From IMG/VR virus record IMGVR_UViG_3300044723_011150: 64,000 bases of DNA; one strand, 5' to 3'. Under the pieces are notes generated by a model, which saw nothing but the letters and a program-made list of their open reading frames with translations, was not told where the DNA came from and ran no database searches. Numbering within the stretch: the first letter of the stretch is position 1; each line of letters begins with the position of its first letter. Shown piece after piece: positions 48,101-56,295 of the stretch. A program made the translations under genes and the position numbers. This DNA comes from an uncultured virus (IMG/VR IMGVR_UViG_3300044723_011150). Its lineage: Duplodnaviria > Heunggongvirae > Uroviricota > Caudoviricetes.

Positions 48101-49754
48101 TGTTACTTTTAGTGCGTCAAAAATAACTCCAACTGGTTCTACTTCATTTACTACAGGATATTGGAAATTAAACGGAAGTAATCAAGGCCAAGCCTCTAGT
48201 GTAAGTAGTGGAACAATTAGTTCTATTTCGGGAAATATTACTGCTCAGCTATATCTGGATTCTAGCTATACTCAATTAGTTGATACTGAGTCTGTACCTA
48301 TTATCTCAAAAGGAGAAGATGGGACATCCGTTACTATTACAAGCACGAGTACCAGTAATGGAGTTACTACTGTTACTTTCTCTGATAATACTACTATAAC
48401 TATTAGTGATGGAGATGAAGGCACTTCAGAAGGTGTATTAGTCGTATATGCAGATGATGCTAATGGTACGAATAAGTCTGCAACTAGAGGGAGCGGTCAA
48501 AATTATGTGCTGTACTATGAATGGTCAGGAACAAAACCCAGTGTAAGTGCTGTAACTGGAACTTGGGTTTTATTTGTTGGAGATGATGGAGAGACTCAAG
48601 GCGTTATTCCAGTGTATTCTTCTGTAGCCAGTCCTACCGGTACTGGAGACCTTTCTTTAACTTATTCAAATCAAGAATACGTTACATTTTTTGAGTATAC
48701 TGGAACAAAACCAACTGCTGTTACTAGTGCAATGGTTAGCCAAACTTATGTTCCTTTTGTAGGCGATGATGGAACATCTGTTACTATTACTAGCACTAGT
48801 ACTAGTAATGGAGTTACTACTGTTAATTTTTCTGACGGTAGTTCTATAACTATTAATGATGGAGACGATGGTCAGACTCAAGGCGTAAAAGTATTTTACG
48901 CCGATGATGCAAGCGGTACAAATCAGTCCACTACTCAAGGAACTAGAACCTTTGTAAAGTATGTAGAGTATACAGGAACTCCCCCAAGTACTGGAGGTAC
49001 CTCTGGATTTGTGCAGTTTATCGGAGACGACGGACAAACAAAAGGCGTTATTCCTGTCTATTCGTCAGTAGCTAATCCCACTATCACTTCTCAACTAAGT
49101 CTTAGTCCCGGCACTAAAGAGTACGTAACATTCTTTGAGTACACTGGAAATACTCCTACTAGTGTTTTATCCTCTATGCTAAGTGCTACATATGTGAAAT
49201 TTGTAGGAGATGATGGTACAAATGGAACAGAAGGATTAAGAACTATACAAGGGTATCTATACTATGAAAAAACCACTGCAGGAAGTCCCTCAGCCCCATC
49301 TGGAAATACTTATACATTTAGTACAGGAGTAGTAAGTGGAACTGGTATAGGAACAGGCGTAAATACTTGGACAAACGAGCCAAGACCTCAAGACCCTACT
49401 TCTTCGAATACTCATTACACAATTAGATACTATGGAACAGAAGCTTCTGCAAATAGTAGTACTATTGCTGTAAGCTATAGTAGTGCTGTTCAATATACTA
49501 ATTTTACAGGAGTAGTAACATTTAGTAATGGAACCTTCAGTAGTGGAACTACAGCATTAAATGTGCCAGGAAGTTCTACTACATCTATAGATGGCGGAAA
49601 CATTACTACGGGAAGTATAACTGCTTCTGCCATGCAAATTGGAACAACAGGCGGGAACACTTCTCGTATGCTTTTGTTAGATGATTCTTTGAAAATTTTC
49701 CAAGGAACAACTTTAAGGGTTCACCTCGGAAATCTTTCTAATACTACAACATAA
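42144..49754 (+). CDS. Central tail fibre / tip attachment protein J-like (about 2536 aa)
   Basis: DLLCEGPI.GL, YPYTA, YTDNPAW...NRYGAG, YCDELV.DG.GGTEPRF, GATSEGQA.R.G.W, FN3-like YTFRVRAV, C-terminal LRVHLGNL; start ATG at 42144 (TAATG). Confidence 0.92.
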   Translation: MAGGSSKQYIGLVDLLCEGPIRGLVNGKNSVYINDVPFENSSLVGTYNEEQTSVFKQPTLSYTANATSMDVSGVTLTDKDIGKFAHIEVESITGCNLVRSPISFSGVNETYLSLSGTGIDSDFSTLTDNLSYVKVKNSDGVSFYADAKYISGTSVSLYVSSRSISNQLITSTGWTITLIKAVEVTGRTDSDTFTINSAFHTSNLTDVNFFFSDAPARESTTTGIVNNISKFDGSTLQFRKGTLTQAPMQQVNSLSGGVTITGSGNARSLQQSTDANSTYGLTLYNTTGYPENQSFPADVGNAALVISSGSPAGGMGFGLNAAQVKQVSELNIRINYSALITHNNKNGDKSSASAIYVFLLELKKPGEASFNDPITLFSNHGGEVVHTDQTTAPVSFDHIIGLDRFKPFDDFKITIVRLTRDAGLPVRANGGTGGETDRGKFTLQAASSITGANLSATIKDKFSYPYTAHAAVSFSSKTYDSLPSRSYLLQGLKVQIPTSYTPREYTDNGVAVYENYWNGEFKTTQLDSNTSVPLLYYTDNPAWVFYDIVTNNRYGAGEWIDADFINKFALYRIAKYCDELVDDGNGGTEPRFRANLYLAKSTEVYKVLKDMATIFTGMLYWLDGKLTAVQDVPSEPIYNFSKANVIDGVFNYESTGRKTRVNQVVVTWNDPIANYEPVPLIVEDREAIVKAGRIISQNSVAMGATSEGQALRYGRWKLWTAQNQKEVVSFKTGLQGAFIRPGDIINVQDRDRYGVDYSGLTSSTTSATASSVTLDRKLTNVANASKHKFSTIVDSYAAFYTGLNPVTIDGETYNKGDRILGQVYLYDPDTNTYGLDSIANERDASNAFQNSTGTPLQTEWKPYTYVLTKVVTLDNTGDVSVVTIDTTVDASIPAIERTNYSGDAPALGTLWVLQALDANDQNILGSKKEYRVLGIQHEDNKNTYSITAVEYYIEKYDAVDKDYELGTTPSNVFPTVEDPNEEVPAPDNIYVALDSDSAKPGEEIIVTWGTPRETFLDLLDTVRSRNYSFIDKYELYHNIPHIESPIVTSRLSYRFENLEDGLYTFRVRAVSRKQNYSDFVSTQYEVNDVYGSIVPRIVGGLPKGIVANSQISYAYDANASSQQGGTEAVRFIEGSAATGFSIGNLLSGDNSPSASLSNINVSGLVDKVAQEWYYLLFDGGSGNLLYWDTDTLQTLPFYNKIPGGSWRGSAISGWSSKTGGYTLAADSTRITFNSSNSSLKIGDIIAFENINEVEAVSINSVTPTSGSYRIGILTDFDNYLIANGDKVKLENATFTGSGTDFNNKEYYAKRISTTVIELYKDEALSENVTSSDIGKTWDAGGWVRRIEVKGAKVTAKVSNTEAILDRSFSSALTSSNAYYVRNFQPDFKDDAVFGRVRWNSTDAQTLVNSFSVDSFIQLDPSLTSGKAVLVTPSLETIRYETSGDGTTVTQTSDFESLTATVTALGFIKPQFRLTSYRVNGENTTDLNETISTSFAEPDEVGGFTKEFTINNDNDVDYGTGADAGAPIVITAEVREANNVGINAFGSGDILRVKDGAAGTQGRTVELTAEDYTIVYDADGENPQFEGSDNNLTLTSTSRNFGANPLFRITVDSNNAPATTFSSWGNGTSGTDNSIYSTYIVPPTLKPSYSSKVIEVQVAERPENWNAATQQGQDSQGNAITPTAGASDSISILYLQQGEGGYAISNSNFAHSYSTDSKGEFTTTDSNNNNIIANSGTTIEVLIGGTRGTYRGTSNGTASSGGFSGTLDPGDWYVVSAVSSTSEFSAGTITASNNIITISPVQVDTSIGYGEDDETITWTLRVGTRAGTTIDLTTIQSLSKSRRGTDSTVIELTNDAETVGGTENQALSNLSLSTTAQIFAGIADVSSSWDFTATAATGITVNTPGTGTDGNIFTVTALSSSFTSGNVVITAAAKNTGDFAGSANKTANFTITKVNNGEDGVSYRITTSDTAVVYDPNSNPVSWSPTSVTFSASKITPTGSTSFTTGYWKLNGSNQGQASSVSSGTISSISGNITAQLYLDSSYTQLVDTESVPIISKGEDGTSVTITSTSTSNGVTTVTFSDNTTITISDGDEGTSEGVLVVYADDANGTNKSATRGSGQNYVLYYEWSGTKPSVSAVTGTWVLFVGDDGETQGVIPVYSSVASPTGTGDLSLTYSNQEYVTFFEYTGTKPTAVTSAMVSQTYVPFVGDDGTSVTITSTSTSNGVTTVNFSDGSSITINDGDDGQTQGVKVFYADDASGTNQSTTQGTRTFVKYVEYTGTPPSTGGTSGFVQFIGDDGQTKGVIPVYSSVANPTITSQLSLSPGTKEYVTFFEYTGNTPTSVLSSMLSATYVKFVGDDGTNGTEGLRTIQGYLYYEKTTAGSPSAPSGNTYTFSTGVVSGTGIGTGVNTWTNEPRPQDPTSSNTHYTIRYYGTEASANSSTIAVSYSSAVQYTNFTGVVTFSNGTFSSGTTALNVPGSSTTSIDGGNITTGSITASAMQIGTTGGNTSRMLLLDDSLKIFQGTTLRVHLGNLSNTTT
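48318..49211 (+). repeat. About 450-bp (150-aa) tandem duplication in the C-terminal part of J
   Basis: DGTSVTITSTSTSNGVTTV.FSD...GVIPVYSSVA.PT...EYVTFFEYTG...FVGDDG starts at 48318 and again at 48768. Confidence 0.9.
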
Positions 49755-49772
49755 CCACCAAAAAAATAACAC

Positions 49773-49801
49773 TTGACATAAAATGTCCCCTTTGTTATAA
49801 T
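49773..49801 (+). promoter_or_regulatory. Consensus sigma70 promoter TTGACA-17-TATAAT (side-fibre operon)
   Basis: TTGACAtaaaatgtcccctttgtTATAAT. Confidence 0.85.
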
Positions 49802-49821
49802 TTCATCATGGAGAGATTTAA

Positions 49822-50160
49822 ATGAGCGCAGGTACTTACAACTTATTCATTGACCAAGGATCCGATTATGCGATTCAGCTTACTGTAAAGGAAAATGGAT
49901 CTGTTAAAGATTTAACGGGCTACTCTGCTCGTGCACAGCTGCGCTCAACAAAATCCGCCACCGATGTAACGGCTACTTTTACCTGTACAGTTACAAATGC
50001 ATCAGGAGGTGTTATAAAGATGGCTCTTGGAAATAATATTACAAAAAACATTTCCCCTGGGGTATATTATTATGATTTGGAGCTACACACAGCGAGTGAT
50101 GCTTATGTAACTCGAATATTAGAAGGCCAAGCCACTGTCTCTCAAGAGGTTACACGATAA
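49822..50160 (+). CDS. Collar/baseplate-upper-like fibre anchor protein
   Basis: IDQGSD...DLTGYSARAQLR...GVYYYDLE...RILEG; follows the tail tip like T5 p132. Confidence 0.7.
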   Translation: MSAGTYNLFIDQGSDYAIQLTVKENGSVKDLTGYSARAQLRSTKSATDVTATFTCTVTNASGGVIKMALGNNITKNISPGVYYYDLELHTASDAYVTRILEGQATVSQEVTR

Positions 50161-50531
50161 TGGCTATAAGCATTTCTATAGCTCCTTATGTTACATCTGT
50201 TGATGTATCTCAAGAAGCAACAAGAGTAGTTGAAATTTCTGCAACTATTCCTACTCTCTCTATAAGTTCTGGGGGAGGCAATGCCTCTTCAATAACTGTA
50301 ACACCTTATAATACAATTTCGTCAACAAACTTGCAAGACGCTTTAGAAGAACTTGCAGATCAAAGCTTTCGTGGCAATACTACCCCAACTACAAATGTAG
50401 AAGAGGGTGATACTTGGTACGATACTATAAATGATATTTTTTATGTCTATCGCACTTTAAATGGTACCTTGGATTGGCACCCTTTACTTGCAACTGCTAA
50501 TGAAGGCAGATTAGACGGAGGAGCCTTTTAA
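50160..50531 (+). CDS. Side-fibre subunit ending LDGGAF
   Basis: STNLQDALEELA, EEGDTWYD, C-terminal DGGxF. Confidence 0.7.
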   Translation: MAISISIAPYVTSVDVSQEATRVVEISATIPTLSISSGGGNASSITVTPYNTISSTNLQDALEELADQSFRGNTTPTTNVEEGDTWYDTINDIFYVYRTLNGTLDWHPLLATANEGRLDGGAF

Positions 50532-50551
50532 AGGCTACTGGAGACTCTTAA

Positions 50552-51982
50552 ATGGCTCAAGTAATTCAAATTAAGCGCAGTACAACTAGCGCTGCTCCGA
50601 GCAGTAGTCTAGCCGCAGGTGAACCCGCATACTCAAGTAATTCTGATAAGCTTTTTCTCGGACATCCTGATGGTACTACTGGTAACATCGTAATCGGTGG
50701 AAAACTATACGTTGATATGCTCGATCATACTGCGGGTACTCTCACCGCAGATAGCGCTCTTGTAGTTGACTCAAGCAGCAAAATCGATGTATTGAATGTA
50801 GATAATATTACTCTTGATGGTAATGCAATTACATCTACTGATACAAATGGAAATCTTACTCTTACTCCAAACGGTACGGGTGACCTTGTACTTGATGGTC
50901 TTAACTGGCCCCAAGCTGATGGCACTGCAGGACAATATCTAAAAACTGATGGTTCTGGACAACTTTCTTGGGATACAGTAACGACTTCATTCACTATCTC
51001 CGACGGTACAAACACAGATAGTTTTAGTACTGGAGGAACTCTTACCTTTACTGCAGGTACAGGAATTTCAATTACTGTAAGTAATGACGAAGTTACTATT
51101 GGTTCTTCAGATACTTCAACTCCCGTAACTTTAAATGCTGCCGTAACAGATGTTCTGTCTCTTAGTGGTCAAGAAATTTCAGCAGTAGATGCAGGAGCTG
51201 CAGATGCCGTTATAGGTTGGGATGATTCAGCAGGTACTATTACTTACTTGTCTGCAGCAGATGCTCGAGCTGCAATTGGTGTGGATGCTTCAGGAACAGA
51301 TAACTCTACAGATGTAACTCTTACTGGGTCATACGACTATTTAACTATTGCCGGTCAAGCAATCACATTAAATCAAATTGACCTTACTACCGATGTAACG
51401 GGTGCTTTACCCAACGCAAATCTTGCAAATTCTTCAGTAACTCTTGGCTCTACTTCAGTATCTCTAGGCGCTACTGCAGCGAGTCTTGCAGGTCTTACGA
51501 ATGTAACTGCTACAGGTACAATTACTGGTGGTACAATTACTGATGGTACAGCTTCTCTTTCAAGCGGTTCAATAACAAGTGCTGTTAATGGTACCTTCAG
51601 TGGTACTGTAACAGGTGGTACAATTACTGATGGTACTGCGTCGTTTACAAGCGGTGCTTTGACTGGAGCTACAACGGGTGCTTTCTCAAGTAATGTAACT
51701 ATCGGCGGTAATCTAACTGTAAGCGGTACGACGACTACAATTAACTCAGAAACTCTTACTATTGATGACAATATTATTGTTCTTAATAATAATGTAACTG
51801 GTACTCCTACTGAAAATGCCGGTATTGAAGTCGAAAGAGGAACTGCTACAAATGTATACTTCCGTTGGAATGAAACTTCAGATAAGTGGCAATTCAGCGA
51901 TAGCTCAGGCTCTGCCGAAAATGTTTTAAGTGCTACAAATTTTGAAACTGAGGTTCCAACGCTGGAAGGCGGCAGTTTTTAA
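50552..51982 (+). CDS. Tail fibre shaft protein (Mtd-N-like N-terminus, ends LEGGSF)
   Basis: IQIKRS...LAAGEPAY; GNLTVSGTTTTINSETLTIDDNII...AGIEVERG; Gly/Thr/Ser-rich. Confidence 0.8.
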   Translation: MAQVIQIKRSTTSAAPSSSLAAGEPAYSSNSDKLFLGHPDGTTGNIVIGGKLYVDMLDHTAGTLTADSALVVDSSSKIDVLNVDNITLDGNAITSTDTNGNLTLTPNGTGDLVLDGLNWPQADGTAGQYLKTDGSGQLSWDTVTTSFTISDGTNTDSFSTGGTLTFTAGTGISITVSNDEVTIGSSDTSTPVTLNAAVTDVLSLSGQEISAVDAGAADAVIGWDDSAGTITYLSAADARAAIGVDASGTDNSTDVTLTGSYDYLTIAGQAITLNQIDLTTDVTGALPNANLANSSVTLGSTSVSLGATAASLAGLTNVTATGTITGGTITDGTASLSSGSITSAVNGTFSGTVTGGTITDGTASFTSGALTGATTGAFSSNVTIGGNLTVSGTTTTINSETLTIDDNIIVLNNNVTGTPTENAGIEVERGTATNVYFRWNETSDKWQFSDSSGSAENVLSATNFETEVPTLEGGSF

Positions 51983-51999
51983 TTAAATAAAAAACCCTC

Positions 52000-52011
52000 G
52001 CGTATATACGC
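52000..52011. repeat. 12-bp palindrome GCGTATATACGC in the leader of the next fibre gene
   Basis: Read directly. Confidence 0.85.
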
Positions 52012-52030
52012 AATTTGAAGAGGAAGCCAT

Positions 52031-52507
52031 ATGGCACAAACGATCAAATTAAAGCGCTCGGCTACGTCGGGCGCTGCTCCCGGCACATCTGATTTAGCAC
52101 TTGGTGAAGTTGCGATCAACACTTATGATGGTAAAATGTACATCAAAAAAAATGTTGGCGGTACAGAAAGCATAGTAGAAATCGGAGGATCTTCTCAGTC
52201 AGGCAGTAATCCTGTAAAAATGGATGCAATTACAACTGTGAATGGTCAAGCAGCTTATTCTTTAACTGCGAGTAGTAGTGCTCACACCCCTTCTGATCAA
52301 AATGCTCTTATTGTTTCCCTAAACGGCGTAACCCAGGAGCCTGGCGACTCTTTTACTGTTTCTGGATCTACAATTACATTTTCTCCCGCGCTTGTAACGG
52401 GAGACGTAGTAGATTATATTGTTGATATGGGTACAGGATCAAATCTTACAAGCCTAGGATATGCTACTGTAGAGGACGCAACGGCTTTGGCAATCGCTTT
52501 AGGATAA
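52031..52507 (+). CDS. Tail fibre subunit (Mtd-N-like N-terminus, ends ALAIALG)
   Basis: TIKLKRS...LALGEVAINTYDGKMY; LIVSLNGVTQEP..SFTVSGSTITFS. Confidence 0.75.
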   Translation: MAQTIKLKRSATSGAAPGTSDLALGEVAINTYDGKMYIKKNVGGTESIVEIGGSSQSGSNPVKMDAITTVNGQAAYSLTASSSAHTPSDQNALIVSLNGVTQEPGDSFTVSGSTITFSPALVTGDVVDYIVDMGTGSNLTSLGYATVEDATALAIALG

Positions 52508-52511
52508 TATT

Positions 52512-52847
52512 ATGGCAAATACTTTTAAAAATGCTTTTTCAGCAAATATAAGCAACAGTTCTTATGCTGATGTTTACACAGTGCCTTCTTCAACTACGAC
52601 TGTGATATTGGGCTTGAATATATGCAATAAAACAGCGAGCGCTGTAACAGCAAAAGTTCAACTTCAAGATACGTCAGCATCTTCTGCAACTTTTCAAATT
52701 ATTGAAGATGTTTCAATTCCTGGAAATACTTCTCTTGAAGTAATGTCTGGACAAAAGTACATCTTAGAAGCAACGGACGTTTTACGAGTACAAGCAGGCA
52801 CTGGGTCTGCTCTTGATGTTACTCTCGGCGTAATGGAGATAACATAA
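52512..52847 (+). CDS. Small virion structural protein
   Basis: MANTFKN...YTVPSSTTTVILGLNICN...KYILEATD.L. Confidence 0.7.
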   Translation: MANTFKNAFSANISNSSYADVYTVPSSTTTVILGLNICNKTASAVTAKVQLQDTSASSATFQIIEDVSIPGNTSLEVMSGQKYILEATDVLRVQAGTGSALDVTLGVMEIT

Positions 52848-53395
52848 TGCCTTTTATTGGACTACAACCAGTTGCTACTGCAATTACTGCGACTTCTCTT
52901 GATGGAGTAACATCAAGCGCGGCTGAATTAAACATTCTTGATGGAGTAACCGCTACAACTGCTGAACTTAACTATGCCGATGTTACAACATTAGGAACTA
53001 CAGAAGCTTCTAAAGTGGTAACAGCGGATACAAATGGTGTAGTAACTTTTGACAATGGAGTATCTGAAGAGTACACAGCAGTTACGTCAAGCTCTAATGC
53101 AACCACTGTAAATCTCCAAGATGGTACAAATTTTAGTCATACACTAACAGAGAATACAACATTTACATTTAGTAACCCAGCCTCTAGTGGTAAGGTTTCT
53201 GCATTTACGTTGAAACTTGTGCAAGATGCAAGTGCTTCAGGATATACTGTTACTTGGCCTGCGGCTGTGGACTGGCCGAGTGCTACAGCACCTACATTAA
53301 CAGCTACTGCAAGTGCAGTGGATATGTTTGTATTTATTACCCATGATGGGGGCACTACTTATTATGGATTTACCGCAGGACAGGCACTAGGATGA
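52847..53395 (+). CDS. Fibre adaptor protein
   Basis: SAAELNILDGVTATTAELNY repeat; HTLTENTTFTFSNP...VTWPAAVDWPSATAPTLT...DGGTTYYG. Confidence 0.75.
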   Translation: MPFIGLQPVATAITATSLDGVTSSAAELNILDGVTATTAELNYADVTTLGTTEASKVVTADTNGVVTFDNGVSEEYTAVTSSSNATTVNLQDGTNFSHTLTENTTFTFSNPASSGKVSAFTLKLVQDASASGYTVTWPAAVDWPSATAPTLTATASAVDMFVFITHDGGTTYYGFTAGQALG

Positions 53396-56283
53396 GTAGG
53401 GCAGCTTTAAAATCTATACAGGCCGCTGCTTCTAGTGGCGGTGCTGCCGATACTGGAGATGAGTATTTTGGCAATACAGTACTGCTACTAGATGGAGACG
53501 GTACTGACGGAGGGGCCAATAGTCTTTTTTCAGATTCATCTAGTTCTAATTTTACTATGAGTGAAACTGGAACGGTAACTCAAGGAAGTTTTAGTCCTTA
53601 TTTAAATAATTGGTCAAATTATTTTGGAAATGCGGATTCAAATGTAACGTTTACGCCTTCTTTTACTATGGGAACAAACGATTTTTGCATTGAATTTTGG
53701 GCAAATTTTACAGAAACTCCTGCAAGTAGTATTGTTGGTTTTTTTACTCTTTCGGTAAATACAGGAGATTACTTACGTTTTGAGCTAAATAATGCAGGAC
53801 AAGGACTCTCATTTAGAATACGAAAAAATAATGCAAATGATGTATTATTAAGCCAATATACTGATGGTTCTAATTATGATACACCGAAGGTATGGACACA
53901 TTTTGCAGTCACAAGAAGTAGTAATACTTTTAGGTTTTTTGTAGATGGAGTTTTAAGAGAGTCAAATACATTTTCTGGCTCTCTATCTGCTTTTACTCTT
54001 GGATCGATAGGGTGTTGGACTCAAATAGCTAATGATTTTAAAGGGTATATTAGTAATCTTAGAATTACAAATGGTTCAATTCCTTCTTCTCGGCAAACAA
54101 GTAGTACAACTTCAGGAGATGAAATATTTACCCCTCCTACTTCTAACTTAAGCGCTATAACAGACACTGTTTTACTAACTTGCCAGTCTAACCATTTTGT
54201 GGATAACTCTAGTAGTCCCCATACTTTAAGTGTTAATGCAACTCCTCAGATTACGCCTTTCAGTCCTGCTAAAGACAGTGATGCAATAGATATAACAACA
54301 AAGGGTGGATCTGCATTTTTTGATAATGATGGCACTGGTAATAATAACTATCTTCAATCAAGTACAGCAGGATTTGCACTAAATGCAGGTAATTATACGA
54401 TGGAAGCTTGGGTTTACCCAACTTCAGGTACTTCATCTTACGCAGCTTTTTTCTCTACGCAAGGAGGCACTACTAATTATGCTCCTAATTTAGCTTTTGG
54501 AGATAGTACTAGTGGAGCAGGTTATTTTAAGCATTATATAAATGATACGAGTGCTGTAATAACAAGCTCTACAACTTTTCCTCTCTACTCATGGTATCAT
54601 GTTGCTGTAGTTTGGGATGACACTAATAAAACTCTTTATGTTAATGGAAAATCGGTAGGTACACATAGCGGTAGTTATAGTAGCACTGTTGCTAGATATA
54701 GAATAGGGGGCTGGGATACAACAAGTGGAGCTGATTTTCCAGGTTATGTAGCTGGTGCAAGACTTATTCGAGGCGTAGTTTATAAAGACGAATTTGATCC
54801 TCCTACTTCGCCTATATCAAATACAGTCGGGGCTGCATGGTCTATTCAAAATCCTGGATATATTGACGGAGTCCATTTGGATCCAAATCTTGCCTCAAAT
54901 AGTTCCGGTACCGTTAGCCAAGTAGAGTTTAGTAGTGATGGTACAATAGCAACTTTAGGTACAAGTGGTACAAATGGTAGATTACTTAAATATAATCTTA
55001 CCACCGCTTGGGACCTTTCTTCATGGTCGTCTGCAGGCCAGTTGAATCTTTCCTCAAGCGTTATGAGTTACCCAAGAGCATTTACATTTGGTGATAGCGG
55101 CAATAAAGTATATGCAGTAAATTGGGCGAATAGTATTACTAATGGTAATATATATCAATGGGATCTTACTACAGCATATGATGTTACTACAGGAAGTTAT
55201 AGTAATAAAAAGCTGGCGGCGTGGGCTAGAGGAAATTACGCTATAGGCGCTGCAATGTCTCCTGATGGCGATAGATTCTATTTTATTACAACTTCCAACG
55301 ATCAAATTCATCAATATAATCTTACCACAGACTATGATATTTCTACAGCGTCTTATTCTAATAAAAGTTTAACTATACCAAGCAGTGTAGATTCTGCTCC
55401 GTATGGAGTAACTTTTAAATCAGATGGTCTTAAAATGTATGTAACAGGGCTAGCTAATGATAGACTATACGAATATACTTTAACAACCGCTTGGGAGCTC
55501 GATACAGCCACTTATGATGGCGTAAGTTATTATTGGGGCGGGGACGCTAGTAGTTTCAATCAAGTATTTTTCAAACCAGATGGTACAAAATTTTATTTCG
55601 CAGAGCACTTTTTGGGCATTCATCAATATGAGACAATTAACAATTCGAATATTCTAATGAACTTTGAAGACTCAGACATTTATGACCGTACAGGCACATG
55701 TAATATAGATACTATAGGTCAAGCATCTATTGATACTTCTGTTAAAAAATATGGCACAGGATCTATACAAATGGACGGGGCCGGAGATTATCTATTTGTT
55801 AAACCAGTGGAAGGGGATCTTTTTAATTTTTACGGAAATTTTACAATTGAATTTTGGCTGTACACAACCACTACAGACACTCAATACATGTTTGATAGTA
55901 GGAACGCGTCAGGCGGGGCAACAGGCTGGTCCTCATTTCTTCTTAGTAATACTATGTATTTTAATGTGAATGGGACTCTTTATACTTCTGGAACACTATC
56001 AAACTATGTAAATACTTGGATTCATGTAGCTTATGTAAGAAGTGGAAGTGTAGGAAAATGGTATATTGATGGAACTGCTTCTGGTTCTAACCATAATCTA
56101 GGTACAAGTACAATTGTTACGGGCTCTGATGGTATGGTCAAAGTCGGTGCACCCGCTTCTGCAAGCACCTCTACTACTGTCAACATACTTAATGGATATA
56201 TAGATGATTTCAGAATAACAAATGGTATAGCTCGTTATACATCTAACTTTACACCCTCTTCAGAGGCACTGCCCAAGTTTTAA
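53392..56283 (+). CDS. Fibre tip protein with three LamG-like domains and an inserted beta-propeller
   Basis: LamG signatures (FCIEFW, YTMEAW, FTIEFW...RYTSNFTP) flanking Y.LTTAWD / FKPDGTKFY repeats. Confidence 0.82.
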   Translation: MSRAALKSIQAAASSGGAADTGDEYFGNTVLLLDGDGTDGGANSLFSDSSSSNFTMSETGTVTQGSFSPYLNNWSNYFGNADSNVTFTPSFTMGTNDFCIEFWANFTETPASSIVGFFTLSVNTGDYLRFELNNAGQGLSFRIRKNNANDVLLSQYTDGSNYDTPKVWTHFAVTRSSNTFRFFVDGVLRESNTFSGSLSAFTLGSIGCWTQIANDFKGYISNLRITNGSIPSSRQTSSTTSGDEIFTPPTSNLSAITDTVLLTCQSNHFVDNSSSPHTLSVNATPQITPFSPAKDSDAIDITTKGGSAFFDNDGTGNNNYLQSSTAGFALNAGNYTMEAWVYPTSGTSSYAAFFSTQGGTTNYAPNLAFGDSTSGAGYFKHYINDTSAVITSSTTFPLYSWYHVAVVWDDTNKTLYVNGKSVGTHSGSYSSTVARYRIGGWDTTSGADFPGYVAGARLIRGVVYKDEFDPPTSPISNTVGAAWSIQNPGYIDGVHLDPNLASNSSGTVSQVEFSSDGTIATLGTSGTNGRLLKYNLTTAWDLSSWSSAGQLNLSSSVMSYPRAFTFGDSGNKVYAVNWANSITNGNIYQWDLTTAYDVTTGSYSNKKLAAWARGNYAIGAAMSPDGDRFYFITTSNDQIHQYNLTTDYDISTASYSNKSLTIPSSVDSAPYGVTFKSDGLKMYVTGLANDRLYEYTLTTAWELDTATYDGVSYYWGGDASSFNQVFFKPDGTKFYFAEHFLGIHQYETINNSNILMNFEDSDIYDRTGTCNIDTIGQASIDTSVKKYGTGSIQMDGAGDYLFVKPVEGDLFNFYGNFTIEFWLYTTTTDTQYMFDSRNASGGATGWSSFLLSNTMYFNVNGTLYTSGTLSNYVNTWIHVAYVRSGSVGKWYIDGTASGSNHNLGTSTIVTGSDGMVKVGAPASASTSTTVNILNGYIDDFRITNGIARYTSNFTPSSEALPKF

Positions 56284-56295
56284 AAGGAGACAAAT

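Noticed and set aside
51980..52033. Stop-codon readthrough fusing the 476-aa and 158-aa fibre genes, which are in the same frame
   Set aside because: A second in-frame stop (TGA) lies in the gap and the downstream gene has its own SD
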